A DNA stretch of 64,000 nt from Trichodelitschia bisporula. Taxonomy: Eukaryota. Positions 45,640 to 59,399 of the stretch are shown here, in pieces. Below the pieces are notes generated by a model, which saw nothing but the letters and a program-made list of their open reading frames with translations, made no database searches and was not told the DNA's origin. Location: positions 576,691 to 640,690 of the forward strand of contig ML996689.1 in NCBI GenBank assembly GCA_010356995.1. Direction: 5' to 3'. Each line of letters opens with the position of its first letter. Position 1 is the stretch's first letter. Made by a program: the position numbers and the translations under genes.

Positions 45640-46092
45640 AGTTCTGCGAAAGTTCGACCTCTGACGGCAAACTCACCTCTACCGAACGACTGGCGGCCCT
45701 TGGTGGCTCGAACTGGCGTTACGCAGCTTGCACGCATGTGTTATCGAGCACCACAGGGGCCGAATCCCTGGCGCCGTGAACGCATGGGATGGTGGACTAA
45801 AAGGTCACGATCGGCCTTGTGGCCCTGGGAAGGTCGGGCAATGGTCCTTTTTGGAGCTTCCATCTACAGATATATTCACGATTAAGACTGATCTATCATG
45901 GAGCAACCACAGACGACAAGTCGCTGATGGCCTCCGGTAATAGGATATCGCTAAGAAAGCTGCCACATGAGGGACGCCAAATGTAGATTAATGAGACACA
46001 AGTATGCAGGAAATATCTTTGATGTACAGGAACTAGATGGGCTACATACCCGAACGAGTATTACCAATCTACACTGCCCCCCCTCTCCACAC

Positions 46093-46809
46093 CTAATTCC
46101 AATCCGGCTCAACCGCCTCCCCCTCCTCCAACCCATTATTCGCATTCCCCCCCCTCCCATTCTGGGGCCTATTCTGCTGCTGCGGCCGTCCCGCCTGCGC
46201 CTTCGGCGCCGCCGCCGCCGCCCCCGCCTCCGGCGTCCCCACAACAATCGTGCTGCAATACCTGTCCCCATTAGCATCGCCCCCGTTAAGTCCAAAGCAC
46301 ACTCACTCCGGCCGCCGATTCACATTCGGCCTCTCACACCAGCTCGCCGCCGCCTCATTTGGCGCATACGGATACACAACCGCATCATCCGCCGCCTCTC
46401 CGCCCTTAGGCTTCGGCGTCGCGGGGCGGGGCTGGGTCGCCGGGCGTGGGGCCGGCTGGGCGGGACGTGGAGCCTGCTGGGTTGGGCGCGGGGCCGGTTG
46501 GGCGGGGCGCGGGGTGTTGTTCGGGCGGGGTTGGTTCCAGCCGTTGTTCGGCCTCGGCTGGGCCTGTTGGGTGGGACGCGGGGTGGGTTTCGAGTCGGCG
46601 TCCTCGTCGTCGCAGCCGCCGGTTAGACGGTCGAAGAAACTGCAGTCGGAGGAGCCGCCCCATTGACGTTTGGTGAGGTCCGAGGAGGCTGTGGGGGCGG
46701 CGACGGTGGTTGCGCTGGGTTGGGTTAGTGGGTGGTTTTGAGGTCAGGTGGAGATGGATTTGTACCTCAGGCCGAGGAGCGCAACTAGGAGGGTGTTGGA
46801 GAAATGCAT
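46093..46809 (-). CDS. Small secreted Pro/Gln/Arg-repeat protein with Kex2 site (206 aa, 3 exons)
   Basis: Exons 46809-46766, 46714-46307, 46261-46093, frame-consistent; MHFSNTLLVALLGLSATTVAAPTASSDLTKR|QWGGSSDCSFFDRLTGGC...PRPAQPAPRP repeats...WCERPNVNRRPEYCSTI...EPDWN*. Confidence 0.75.
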
Positions 46810-47962
46810 GGCTGCTAATGCGGAACGGTAAGGAACGACTGAAGGAAAGACAGGACGGAAAGACGAGAAGACGGCGACGAATGTGCGGGACGGAACAGCC
46901 GGGGAGCGGGCATGGGACAGATCTTATATGGGCAGGGAGGAGATTGGACGTAGGGTCGCATGGCTCTGGGCAGTCGCTTTTCGGGTATACCGCGGACGAT
47001 GTTGCAGTCTGAAAGCCTAGCGTCTAGACTTGCTGTCGGCTTGCGTAAGGTCGTATGGGACGTCATTTAATTAGCGATGGCGGGGTTGCTGGGGTGGTGT
47101 TCATATATGGGGTGTATATCGTGAGCCTTAACGGGCAGGCCGGGAGTAAGAGAAACAGTTTCTTGTCGTCAGCCGGTTGCATTTTCCATGCAGAGACCAG
47201 AGAATGATTAGATTGGCGGCAACGTTGCCATGTTTCACGCACAACTGTTTCTCGAAACATCCAACGAGCCGGCTCTTCTTCGCAAGACCGGTGACCCGGG
47301 CTGGGCAAAATTGATTGCACAGAAAAATATACGAGATCCATGGCGCTGAAAGCCAAATGGTCTTTTCCTAGGCACGGGCAAGATTCAACGTGACAGCATC
47401 CAGGGACGGTGAGGCCGGTATGTGGTCCGAACGGGCACAGAGTCCCATATAAGGTAGGGCTCACGGCTTAGCCACGGGGATAGCCATGTGACGCTGAAAA
47501 TAGTTCCAGGAAATTTTGGCTGTTTCCCGGTATCGATGAGCCTAACTGATGGGATGCTTTTCGGCCTAGATGTTTCGTCCGCACGCTTGATGACGGCGTT
47601 GATGCAATCGCGTGCGTGTGGAGGAAAGGCTCCAGGGAACAAATACTGAGATCAGCAGCTGTAGACTGATAGGAGGAGGTGATCTTGAAACACAGGTAAG
47701 TCTGTCTGGCATTGCCGCATGGAACACAGTTTTGGCGTCAGCAGAAATTCATCGAGAGAAAAAAAGGCCTTAGCTTCTTCGATAAGCATCTCCAACATAC
47801 GGGAGGAACACTCCTGCCCACCTCAAAACCGTTGCAATCCATACGATTGGCTTTCTCACTCGCTCCAAACACCATACGCCTCTTGCCCGTAGGCATAGGT
47901 CTATGTTTCTCCATTTGCTCACTGCCTCTTCATAGCGTCAGATCCCGAGTTCCTCACACTCT

Positions 47963-48473
47963 TCATCTCCGTCCTTCAACGATGAGGATGTGATATCCTT
48001 CCCTCGTCTTGACCTCTCCCCAGACGGGCTTTCCCGTCGTTGAGACTTCAAGAGCATAAGCCACCTCTTCAAACGGACCCATCAAACTCCCTCGGGTCTT
48101 CCAGCCAAGCGAGCCACCTGCTAGCATTAGAACGAGTGCCACCCTTCGTGAAATGGAATCGTCGTATAAGGCCAGCTACTCGTATGCCCTCCAACGTCAA
48201 GCTAGTAGAGAAAATTCAGAGATGAATACCTTGCCGCGCCTTGTCCTCGCTAAACTCTCGAGCAACCGCATCGAACGAGTCTCCAGCACGTAACTTCTCC
48301 AGCGCCTGCTCCTTCTTGCTATGCTTCTCGCACAAGATGTGGCGTACATTGATGGCAGTTGCGGGCTTTAGCTTGCCCTTCTTCGGATCGGATGCTTCGG
48401 CCGATTTGGCGTCCTTTCCTTTGGTGTCTTTTTTGGCGCCGGCTTTGGAGGACTCGCCCTTTTTGGGAGGCAT
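47963..48473 (-). CDS. PIN4: Parvulin-type peptidyl-prolyl isomerase Par14/Pin4
   Basis: Basic N-terminus, [13 protein letters not shown]...FSEDKARQG; intron 48229-48118; exon 2 [20 protein letters not shown]...[16 protein letters not shown]. Confidence 0.92.
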
Positions 48474-51400
48474 TTTGGAGACGGTATGGGGATGGGATTG
48501 AGGCCTAGGAGCCGAGTAAAGAGGTCTTTGAGGTTTCTAAGCGTTGAATGTCCTGATGATGGAATACCGCCAATCGAGGACGTCGAGTTCGACGCCGCAT
48601 TTGACGCGAAGTCACGACCCTTCCACCCCGCTCCCCGCTCCGCTTCTGGATGCGGTGATGTGGGGCCACCGCCGTCGAAAAAGTCGTAGCTAGCCCCCAC
48701 GGTGAGCAGTTCGCATAACTCATCAAAAGCCGGGTGGGGGGCGGCCACGACTTTTTCAACTAACCAAAGACCATTGTGCGGAAAGCCATCAGCACCACAC
48801 AGTGTTCCATCCAAGCTTCTTATGATGGATCTTTAACTTCGTCGGGCGTAGCCAGCCATCTATGTAAGCTACTCCATCTGAAGTGCCAAATTATTCAACA
48901 TCCACGGATTCATGCAATATGCTCTCCGTTACCAGAACATTGCGTTGACAGCTCCAGGCAGATCAGCACGCAGCTAAGGTCGCTTATATCATAAGCGCTT
49001 ATATCATACGCGCCCACATATGCCTGTATAAGCCGTTGTACATTCCGTGTATTATCATGCCGACCAGTGCATTTCTCGATGTAGCTCAACGCGAATCTAG
49101 CTATTCAGCGTCAGGTCGCTTGAACAAGAAAGCAGCATTGATCGCGACACCTTAATAGAATTGCTGTCAGCTGGCGGGAATCAGCCGAAGAACCGTTCCT
49201 GCATCTTCTTTCAAACGACGATAGTTTGAACCGAAAGCTTACTCTCCCAGGCCAGTGTCCCTCAGCTCAAACATATCCTTCCTCCCACAGCTCAATTCCC
49301 TCGCCTTCGACCACCTCACCCCTCGATCTCTCTCCTCCACAGTATGCGGATGTAGGACACGCGCTCTCCTCTCCTCCGCGCCCTTAATCCGCACTCCTCC
49401 GCTTATCGTCGCTTCGGACCATCCTCGCCAAGCCAGCGGCGTCAGGAATTCCAAAACGTCAATCCCATGGCGCAAGGCAGGCGCAGGCGGAGCCTCTGCC
49501 GGCGCCTGTGGCGGTTTCACCCCCCCGAACGCGAGCCGCGCGGACGGCTGAGGGGCCAGACCGCGGCTCTGGCGCAACGCTCGCGTTCCGTGCGTCGCGG
49601 TGGCTGCGTTTTCTCGACCAATCAGCGCGGGGCGGGTTGGAGGAGGGGGCGGACGCACCCGCGCGATCCCGTTGATCAGCACGCCATGTGAGACATAGGC
49701 AGATGTTTTGTGTTCCATGAGTGTTGATCTCGATTGATCGACTAGAGTTAAGTTTCCGGCCCGTTTGGCGACTTTGCTTCTACGTCTTCGCAGCTCGATC
49801 ATTTTGTTGGAGATCAAGCGGCACTCTGCAGGAGTTTTTGAGGAAGCATTGAAGGATGGAACCTGTGCGGCACATTTATTTCTCCACCCGCTCAATGCAA
49901 ACACCGAATACCGAACACCGACTGCCAATGTCGACACCGAAAATCCCCATGCCCGTGGAAGCCCATGTCTCGGGCTTCGTGACGCTGTGGCGCTCTCCGC
50001 AGGGAGAACGGGAACGCGCCGAGGAGGTCAATCCGTGGGAGTCCGTACTGGCGTCCGCATTTTTTCATCAAACATGGATAAGTCGCGGCCTACCAGCGCA
50101 GGCGAAGCGGCAGCGTTGGATGTACGGCTGAACAGCACCAATACCCTCACGCTCTTGTAGGCGCGAGAGGGGATGTCGGCGGAATTATTTCCATTCCGGT
50201 CGCAGGGTCCATCTGGGTCTTATTCGGCAGTCTGATAGTCTCCTCCAGTGTGCCTGGAGGAGATCCCGTCTGTGACAAATAGCAAGCGGAACACCTGAGA
50301 CGCAGTCGTGATGGTCGTGTCCTACGACACAAGTTGCGGCCTGTGTCATGCTCATCCGCGACTGGTAGAATCTTTGCGGTTCGTAATGTCGACGAGCGGG
50401 CAAGCTCTTCATCAGACTCGTGGCCGCGGGCAACCACTGCTCGAACCTCATCCCAACCGGGTCCAACCGGGTGCTTGCGATCCGCTTAAGCTTCACTCCC
50501 AGTCGAAGGCCCTGAGCTGCCATTGTACTGGAAGTCAAAGTCGAATCCCGTCAACGCCGGGACCATGCTAAGGCGCTGTTCAATGCAGGTGTGCGGTTCG
50601 AAGAGCCTGAAGGCTGCGTTGAAATCTGTTTCGGTTCCCGGAAGGTCCGGAGGTTGGTAGGACTAAGGTGGTGTCTGAAGACTCGAATTCGAATTGTATG
50701 AATGTGACGCCATTTGTTGCCTCGTTCGACGGAAGGAAGGAGCTCCTGACAGGATCCTGAGGCGAGCTCCCTTAGGAAGGGACAACCAGCTTCTGGCAGA
50801 CATAGGAGTGCTGATTCGGCATCCGGTTACATCTTAGGCGTGACGTTCGACTACGAGTTTAGGTTGAGAAGTATAAGCTTCGCCGTGGAAACAGTTGTCC
50901 GAGTCAATGCCAGCTTTAGAACACGGGAACATCTGGGGCACCCGCACAGACACGGAGCCCAAGACCGCCCGATAGAGTATCGACGCACCAACAGTCTTGT
51001 CGGCAGTCACCATTATCCAAGCGGCCTAGCTCTCGAGCGACGCGATGGACATCAGGGTAGGGCATTCTTCTATTCTTTGATGTTGAAAAGATCATCAGTC
51101 AAGTGCTTTACCACTAGCATATGGCTCAGGTAGCCATTACGGAGCTCACCCCGCAGCACTGTACCGTGAGGAGCAGGAGGAAGATCAACCAACCCCAGAC
51201 GCGCTAACTGACGGCGCGGGAAGCGTTGGACGGCTTGCCGGCTAGCAGATAGTTTCGGGCCGCGGCGTGGAGGAGTGGGGTGAAGAAGCGGAGAGATTGC
51301 GAATGATAAGTTTGACGCGAAAGCTGAAGCAAATAGGACGTGCAGAATCTGGAATCGTTAGAGAGCTACCGTAGAAAGACAGAGAGGACAGCTTGTCAAT

Positions 51401-51921
51401 CGGCAATTGGCAATTGACAGTGACATCCGCACGCTATAACCTGTACGTGATGGCGCCTGCAGACGCCATGGCCGTTTTCTGTCCACTCTCTTCAACACTC
51501 CCTCCCGGCCTTCCCAAAATATTCTCCTTGCCGAGACGAGACGAGACGGCCGCGCAGACGTGCAGAGAAGTGCTACCCTTGGATATGTACTAATGTAGTC
51601 ATCCCGTCCCTATTCAAATCCACCCCAGTCTCCCCCCTCGCTCCCCCACGGTCCCACTCACCGCGCGTGTCGCTTGTCGCTTCGTAAACAATAAACAACC
51701 CCAAAAAAGGAGGGGAGAGCGCAAGAGACAGGTCTTCGTGTCCGAATTGAGATTTGCCGGGCATTGTCGCAAAGCGCAAGTCGCACCCGCACAGCTGGTC
51801 GGACTGTTTTTGTCGCACGGCAGTTCCCTGGCCCACCCACCGACCACCACACCCACCCTTGTATCCTAACCACAAATCCTAAAAAAACGAAGGACGAATC
51901 CCTTCCCCCGTCTGTCCCGTC

Positions 51922-54877
51922 ATGCACCGCAATCAGAGATCCGACTCCATCCTGACTGCAGCAACAACAACGTCAGCGACCCGCAAGTTTGATCATCATC
52001 ATCATCATCATCACAACAACCCTTCTTCAACCACCAACATCCCCTCGCGCCTTGTCTACCCTAAGCACGACCGCGCTGCACGTTCCCTAGACAACCTCTC
52101 GAACATCCCTCTCTCAGCGCGACCCTCTACTGCTCCTTCGAATTCACAGCTTCAGCAACCACATTCGCTACAGGGGGCCAAGTCACCGTCACCTACATCC
52201 AAAGTCCCTCGAATATCCTTCAGCGGCTCGAATACACCCTCGACGCGCTCACGTCAAGTCTCGTCGGCTTCCATCACCAAATCCGACTTCTCCGACCTAA
52301 CGTCGCGCACGCGCATCCGCAGCTCCTCCATCCTGTCGCGTCCCGCCGCCATCACCACCAGCACCGTTCCACCTCCATCCGAAGCTGAGCCGCGCAGTCC
52401 CACGATAAAACGGCCGCCTGCGTCGTGGAGCAGCCATGGAATAGAGACGTCGCATGGTCCCCCTCCTTCATTGATCACGCGCGGATCCTACCACTCAGAC
52501 GTTTCGCGCCGAGCTCAGAACTCCATCCCCCCTCAACACCAACAAAAGCCGCATCTCTCTCAACCCGATAGAACCTCATCGCGTCCAGGCTCCGCCGGTG
52601 CCTCAAAGCCTAAATTATCTACCCCAACTTACAATTGGCCGCAATCGCCAATGCAGTCGTCGCCTCTCTCCCCGAAAGGGGGTACGTCCGACTACATCCA
52701 GTCTCTCAATGCTATGATCGATCGGTCACGGCAGCGCGTCAGCGGATACTCGGATGATGACATAACGGGCAGTGGGCCAAATTCGCAGGGATTCGATGGT
52801 GCTATGGATCATGACGATACTTTGGATGCATCTGGCGATCTTTTTCTACGACTGGCGCAAGATGGTTCCGACAAAAAGGAAGCCTCCCCACATTTGCCAG
52901 AGCGAAGAACGGTATGAATTTCTTCTTCCATACTCCCCTTTCACATGTCCCACTCTCCTGCATGAAGTCTCGCAGCCAAGGACTAACTGTATGCAGTCAC
53001 GGGGAAGATCAAACAAGCCACAGCTCTCCTCTCAAACCATTTCATCTCGCCCGCGTCGAGACTCGAGTAGTCATGATTCCGGCTACGCCACGCGATCCGC
53101 CGCTCCCGCTGCAGAATCGTCCGTGAGAGACCATCGCAGACCCTCTGCTGTACTGTCTACCTTTTCCACATCTAAGAATCCGACCACAATGTCCGCCGAT
53201 CAACGGTTCAGTGCCTATCGCAGCCGATACATGGCCTCGAATGCGCAGTCATCATCGCCCTCCGTCGTCTCATATCCCGTCCGCGAAACAGGCTCCTCCT
53301 ACAGCCACCGTCGACCATCTGTTCCCGATCCAATCTCCGCCCTCGCAAGACCGCCCGTCTACCGACCCTCTCGTCTCAATAATACCGCAACAAGGGAGTT
53401 TGATGTTATGTCGAACACTGGATCGCCGTCCGAATACCGCCGGACCGCCAGCTTACGCGTTGACCCTCGCGCCGAAGTTGCCGAGTCCGTGATATCTGCC
53501 GCGCCCTCAACCGTGTGGGACGAGCTGCACGAGCTCAAGTCGCGCATTCAGAAGATCGAACTGGCCGACAAGCCGTCATCCGGTGGGACGGGCACAGCGA
53601 CCATGTCCATTGGCTCTGGTGAGCGCCCGAGGACAGCTACGACAGGGGTAACGACCATGTCCTCGTCACCTAAAGTCTCACTAAAACCTGGACAGTCGCC
53701 TAGTGACGTAGCCGCTAACACTGCAAATCTGCACCCCGTCCTCCGTCAGTCTCTCGCGCGATCAAAGACTCTGCTCAGTCCGGCACTGTACCGTTCCCTG
53801 GAAGCCATGACCAACGAGGCGCTGGAAATGTGCGTGTTAGCCAGCAATATGAACACGCAAGGCAACAACTACTCGGACAGCCCCGCCAACAACGGCGTTG
53901 TGACGGACCGCCACTTGCGGCGTAAAGCGGACAATGTCTGTCGCAACCTTGCAGACCTGTGCATAGCTCTCTGCGACGGCAAACTCGACGCTCCGGCCCC
54001 GCCGCCCGCCCCCACCACCGTCGTATCACCAACGGAGGTGCCGACGCGCAACAGTCGCGAAGTCACGCCCGCGCCACCACCCGCCCCTTCTGTGACCACG
54101 CCTCTCACCACCCGCGATCCGCCGAGTTCATTACCACGCCATATCAGCGTCGACCCGGAGACGCCGGACAATTCCGCGCGATCGGCTCCGAGCCGGGCCC
54201 TGGATCGTGTGGAAGCGCGTCGCGTTTCAATGCTGGCAACGCATTCGCTAACGAACAGTCCGCGCGAAGTACCGCTGGTCACTACCACGCCGGCCAACAA
54301 CCGCCTGCAGGAATATAACACGCCAGCGTCGGCGCCGGCGGGCTTGGCTGCCCAGCAGATTCTTTCGAAGACACCGCGCACGGGGACGGCATTGTTGCGA
54401 ACGCGGCGACGAGCACAGGCGTTTGAGGACGACGAGGATGATACCACGCTGAGGGCGCCGTCTCGGGCAGTTACTGAAGTGGGAGGCTTGCGGAAGAGGA
54501 GTATGCGGGTTGCGCCGACAGGAACGGTAGCGGCGCGCGAATACACGAGTCAGCATTCTATGCCTGGGAATGGTGGAAGTAACAACAATTCTCCTGGAAG
54601 TTTGCTACCTGGACCACGAAGGGCGGGGACTACTGGGCTTGGGTTGTCGATGAAAGCGGAGACTGGTCGCTCGGGGAAGTTCCTGGAGAAGCCGGTTGAG
54701 CTCTTGGGGAACGGAGAAGAAGTGGGAGACTTGAGGAGAAGGTCGCTGGGGCTGTATACCAGTGGAGCGCGGAGTAGTTTGGCGACGGGCCGGAGGGGGA
54801 GCTTCAGCAAGAAGGCGCGGAGTATGCTTGTGGCAGGCAGCGGCAGTGGAGGTACCGGTGGGGGTAGTGGGGAGTAA
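51922..54877 (+). CDS. Mto2/SPA18-like non-centrosomal MTOC protein (disordered, Ser-rich)
   Basis: Exons 51922-52911 and 52997-54877; conserved islands STVWDELHELKSRIQKIEL and KADNVCRNLADLCIAL resemble recalled S. pombe Mto2 segments (LQELENLRERLNQVEL; VDALCRSLAELCLGL). Confidence 0.7.
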
Positions 54878-57800
54878 TGGGACATGGTCGGCGAGGTGAG
54901 ATGTGAGCACTGTAACAGTTTTCGTGGAGTTTTATCGTCTGGACGTTGGCTGGTGAAGGCGTACGGGCGGCACATACCCCCTTTTTGCATTTTCGCTCTC
55001 CGCTTGTCGTTTTTGGGTTGTTTGGGCGGTGGTTCTTTTTGGGGTGTTTGCGATCATGGACATGCTCGGTTCGGTGTAGTCTTTTTTTTGGTATGCGCCG
55101 CATGTTCACGAGGTCTTCAACGGCGAGCTCTTGGAGATGGAGCAAGGGTCGCAAGGGACGCATATGCGGGTGGCGTTCACGAACATCACGCGCAAGGATT
55201 CTGATTTTCAACGTTCACGAAAGCAAAATCTTATCTCCTCATCATGTGCGCGAGGGGAACGGGGGCGTTGCGGTTTGGGTGAATGCGTTTATGGTGGGCT
55301 ATGGCTAGACAGCGTTTGGCTTTGCAGCCGGTGATGCTAGCCGGCTTCCGTGAGCCGGGCCGGTGTATGTAGCTTCGGTTCATCAGTATATATTATTAGC
55401 GCCCACGCGCAAGGCGCGAGCGATTTGGATCGTATTCCAACGTCGCGTGGCATCTCGTCGTCATCGTGCAGTCTATCTTGCATTCGTATCTGCACATCGT
55501 CATCGCTCAGTCATCTCTCACCCGAACCGGTAAGGTTCTCAACATCTGGCTAGGCTCCTAAGCTCAGACACATTCCAAACACCCCTTCCTCTACGCATGG
55601 GACAGCCTCTAAGGGACAGGCGAGACCATCTAGTCCTTTCACTCACCGCGCCATCCGCGCTAGGGCCAGGCGTTCATCGAGCGAGGCGAGACGGCGAATA
55701 TCGTATATCGCCGACGCGCCTCGGGGTGATCAGGTACGGCTCGCGATCACTAGTTCTACATCGAAGGCACGGCCGTCGATATATTGAAGACTCACCTCGT
55801 TACCGCATTGCCGCGTTGCCACGCTGCCGCCCAGCCTTGCCTCTACCCGCAACGGTTCCTGCATCCGAGCCACCCTATGGTATGGCGTAGAGATGTAGGA
55901 CCGGGCGGTGACGCCGGTTGTCGGTGTGGTTTGCTGCACGCGTGGTAGTGTATGTCGGCTTAGACGGCGCGGTGGGACACGGCGCCGCCGATGCGCTATG
56001 GGTCGCGATGAGTGGTTGCAGAGGTTAAGGGGAACTGGTTGCAGACGCTGTGCTGCCTGTAGGCGGGATGACCGGTGCGGGCCGTGACGGCGAGATGATA
56101 CGGGGATCCGAGTGGATGCAGAGGGGGGAATATTGGAGCGGGGAAGCCCCGATTAGGCACAGCTGCACGGTAAGGCTGAGTGGCGCTCGGCCGTTGCCAA
56201 CGGCCGCGAGAGGGGACCGGCAAGGGCGGGGTTGGGTGAGACTGTCATACCGGGCGATATATCGACGACACTACGCTACTCGGAGCTGGGCGGCGGGGAA
56301 GGTGCTCCCGCTCTGTGAGCCGGTTTGCGACGGAAGAGGGCGGATTGGGGAACGGTTTGGGTCTGACGGGGAGGGTTTCTGGTATGTGGGTTTTGAGCTG
56401 TGGGTGCAGTGGTTAGTGGATGTTTCTTCTCTCCTCCAACCGTCTCCCTCCTCCCCGTGATGCAAAACACCTCCGTAACTCCCCACCCTCCCACCCCCTC
56501 TATTCTTTTCCGCGCAAGTTTGCGCCCCAAGGGCGGAGGCACGCAAGCTTCTGCCCACAGCTTCAGCCAAGTGACGCGCCCGCCGCGGCAGCGTGGACGG
56601 GCGAGAGTGTGCAACGTTACAGGTCGGCGTTGCCTTTAGCTTGCAGCGGGCGTGCAGAATCGGTGAAAGGCAGCGGGCGGGCACGATGGATGGGGCAGGT
56701 GGAAGTGTTAGGTGGAAGCGTTGCGATGGGGTTTGGTAGCACGATGGTGGCGGGCACGCACGCTGCGGGTAGCACATGTGGTGTTGTGCACGATGGCCGG
56801 TGTGTGGGCGGGCGGGCTGGCAGATGCATGGTTCGGGGGAGGGGGGAGGGGAGAGGGGATGAGGAAGTTCGTCCCTCGTGCAAGTTTGGGTGCTTATCGC
56901 CGAGGGCGGATCTCTCAATGCGATCATGACGCCGGCCCGTGATCAGGCCAAAGGCTTCGGAGCCTGTTGATGGGTGGGCGGGAGTGTCGGCGGTTGATGC
57001 AGACGAGGGCGCGGCTGTGGGGGCGGATGGGGGCGGGCATGATGCCCTCGTGGCCTGTCCTGGCCCTGGGCCGGCGGATGGGAGATGCAGATGCAGCGGG
57101 GGAGAGAGGCGTGCAGCGGGTGGTGATGCAGATTGACTGCGAACCAGGTATCGGGCTGTATGATGGATGGGCGGATGGGCGGAGGGGAGTTGTGCTGTGG
57201 GATAGGGGATGGGGATGTACCCGTGTGTTTGGGCTAGGCTGAGGCTTGCTCCTCGAGGCTGAGGCTTGATGTTCGAGGATGGATGGAGGCGTAGAGAGTT
57301 GAAGGTAGATTGGCTTTTTTTTGCTTACCCGTTTCTGCACCGAAGATGGGATTGAAACCGGGTAGATGGTGGAGACGTGGGAGACGTTTGGAGACGTGAG
57401 GTGACAGTGTAAGGGGGAAGTTCCGAGTCTTCTCTTCCCCAATACGGAGTACAGAGTAGATTGCGCTTGTGATGATAAGCTTCCGCACAAACCTGGGATA
57501 CTGCAAGTAAAAGATAGATCAATATGGACAAGGCAATTAGTGCAAGGCCTAGCTCGAGGCCGAGCTCAGTCGCCTTTTCTCCCACTCTATCTCTCTCTAC
57601 AGCAGTCTTGCAGCAGTCTTGCCCGCCCTCCTTGTTGTACTGTGCATGTTGTCGGATGTTACCCCCTGGACGCAGCGGTCACGGCGCCTCGCGTCTCTAT
57701 TCCCTGCCCTGCGACGTCAACAAACAAGCCACCACAGCAATGTCGACTTCCACACCTCACCACTTCATCCAACAAGCTTGTGTTGTCAATATCTCCGAAA

Positions 57801-59399
57801 ATAACACTCTGTGTCGCTATCGTCTACTGTTACCAGTCCACATCCTCTCCGCAGTGTACTTACCACGATGTACAGCAAACCTCAAGCCACACCCACGGGG
57901 CCGGCGCATAGCCGTTCGCTCCCACTTCGCCATTGTCGCGACACCACGAGTTTCATCATGTAACTCCCCATCGGCTCTCGCGCCGCCCTGGAAAGGCTTG
58001 AAGGCTTGAAGCAAAGCCTGCCAAAACCCGCTCCCGGGTCTTTCTCTGGCCCTTTTTGCCTCAGAACGTCGGCCTTGCTGTCGCCTCATTCGTTCTCCGC
58101 CGCACGGAAGTCCTTTTCGGTATCCTCCTCCCCATTCCTCGACACGCCTCTACACGCCTCGACACCTCCAACAACCCACCCTAACCCCGGCCTCTGCAGC
58201 GTTTGTGTGCGCGACGTGCCAGCTCACGTAGCTCTGCTAGCAAGAACAACCGCGTTTCCTCGCTCAATGCTGGCCGGCCAACTGTAGACGCTGTTCCCGC
58301 TCCCTAGCTGATGCTGTTTTTGCTTCTCCTCGTTGTCTATCTCTAGCTCCCCCCCCCCGATGCCGCTGCCGCTCAAAGCTCGGGCTCTGGCACACCAGCG
58401 AGATCAGAAAAAGGCATCCCGATACACACAATACACGCCTGCGTCTACCCCACCCCTACATCCCTCCCCCCCCCTCCCTCACCACCACCACTGCCAGCTG
58501 GCTACAGGTACTGTATCGTGTTGAAAGAAGCCTCTACTCACCTCTCCCCTCTGCCGAACTCCACCGGTTCCAGATCCTAAAGGCCAAGAGAAATCGGACG
58601 CGGCTGTGCGTCCCGTCGTTGGCCGATGTCGAGTGTGCCGGTTTGACCTCGAATACTGTTTGGCTGATATTGCTGCCGACTCTTCGCCCACTTCTCCTAG
58701 ACACCGGCCGTTCTGATATACAGAGACTCTGTCCCTCAATTCCTTTCCGCCCTCCTCCATCCCCGCTCACTCGGTCACGGCCCTCTTTCCTTTCGGTTTG
58801 CCATTATTCCTCTATGTCGGCGCACCTTTTGGCCACTCACTCCTCCCCTCCTTCCTCTGCGGCCATCTTCCACTCCACCCATCTCTCTCTGCCTTCTACC
58901 TCTTCTTCCCGCCTCTTCTCTGCACTGGTAGCTAGATAGGTAAACTGGCCCCTCCCCCCTTTCTCCCATTCGCTATTCTTTAATCCCTCGTACACCGTAT
59001 TCCCTTCATCCGTCACGAGGGCCATTATTTGCTAGTACTACACCACACGCATTTTCCCTCGACATTCCTTGGCTGGTTCTCACCCTCCTCTTCCTCCAAC
59101 CTGGAAACCCCAGCCCACACCAGTTCGACTTTCCATTCCTGTCCTGTAAGTCTCCGAAAGGCTTAGCCGCCCCTTGCTTGATAGTCTGTCCTCCGCTGTG
59201 AGCACCGCCGTCCACCACACCCTCCCTGCCTCCCTCGGCTGTGGCAATTGGGCAAGGCTAGCTAGGCTGGCCGTCCGAGTCCGAAAGAATCAGTGCCGGT
59301 CGGCCGTTATGCAGCTCGCTCTCAGTCCTGTCTGACTTTGGAAAACGAAGCAGGCCTCGGGCGTAGCGAGCAATCGCCTCCCAGCACATCCGCTGAAAA

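Noticed and set aside
48118..48229. PIN4 intron as a snoRNA host
   Set aside because: Longer than average with a weak stem, but no clear C/D or H/ACA boxes.
48981..49008. Direct repeat CGCTTATATCATA with palindrome ATAAGCGCTTAT
   Set aside because: Too short to call a transposon footprint or binding site.
50680..50860. Possible structured ncRNA or tRNA-like segment
   Set aside because: No tRNA cloverleaf, snRNA, SRP or telomerase-template signature recognised.
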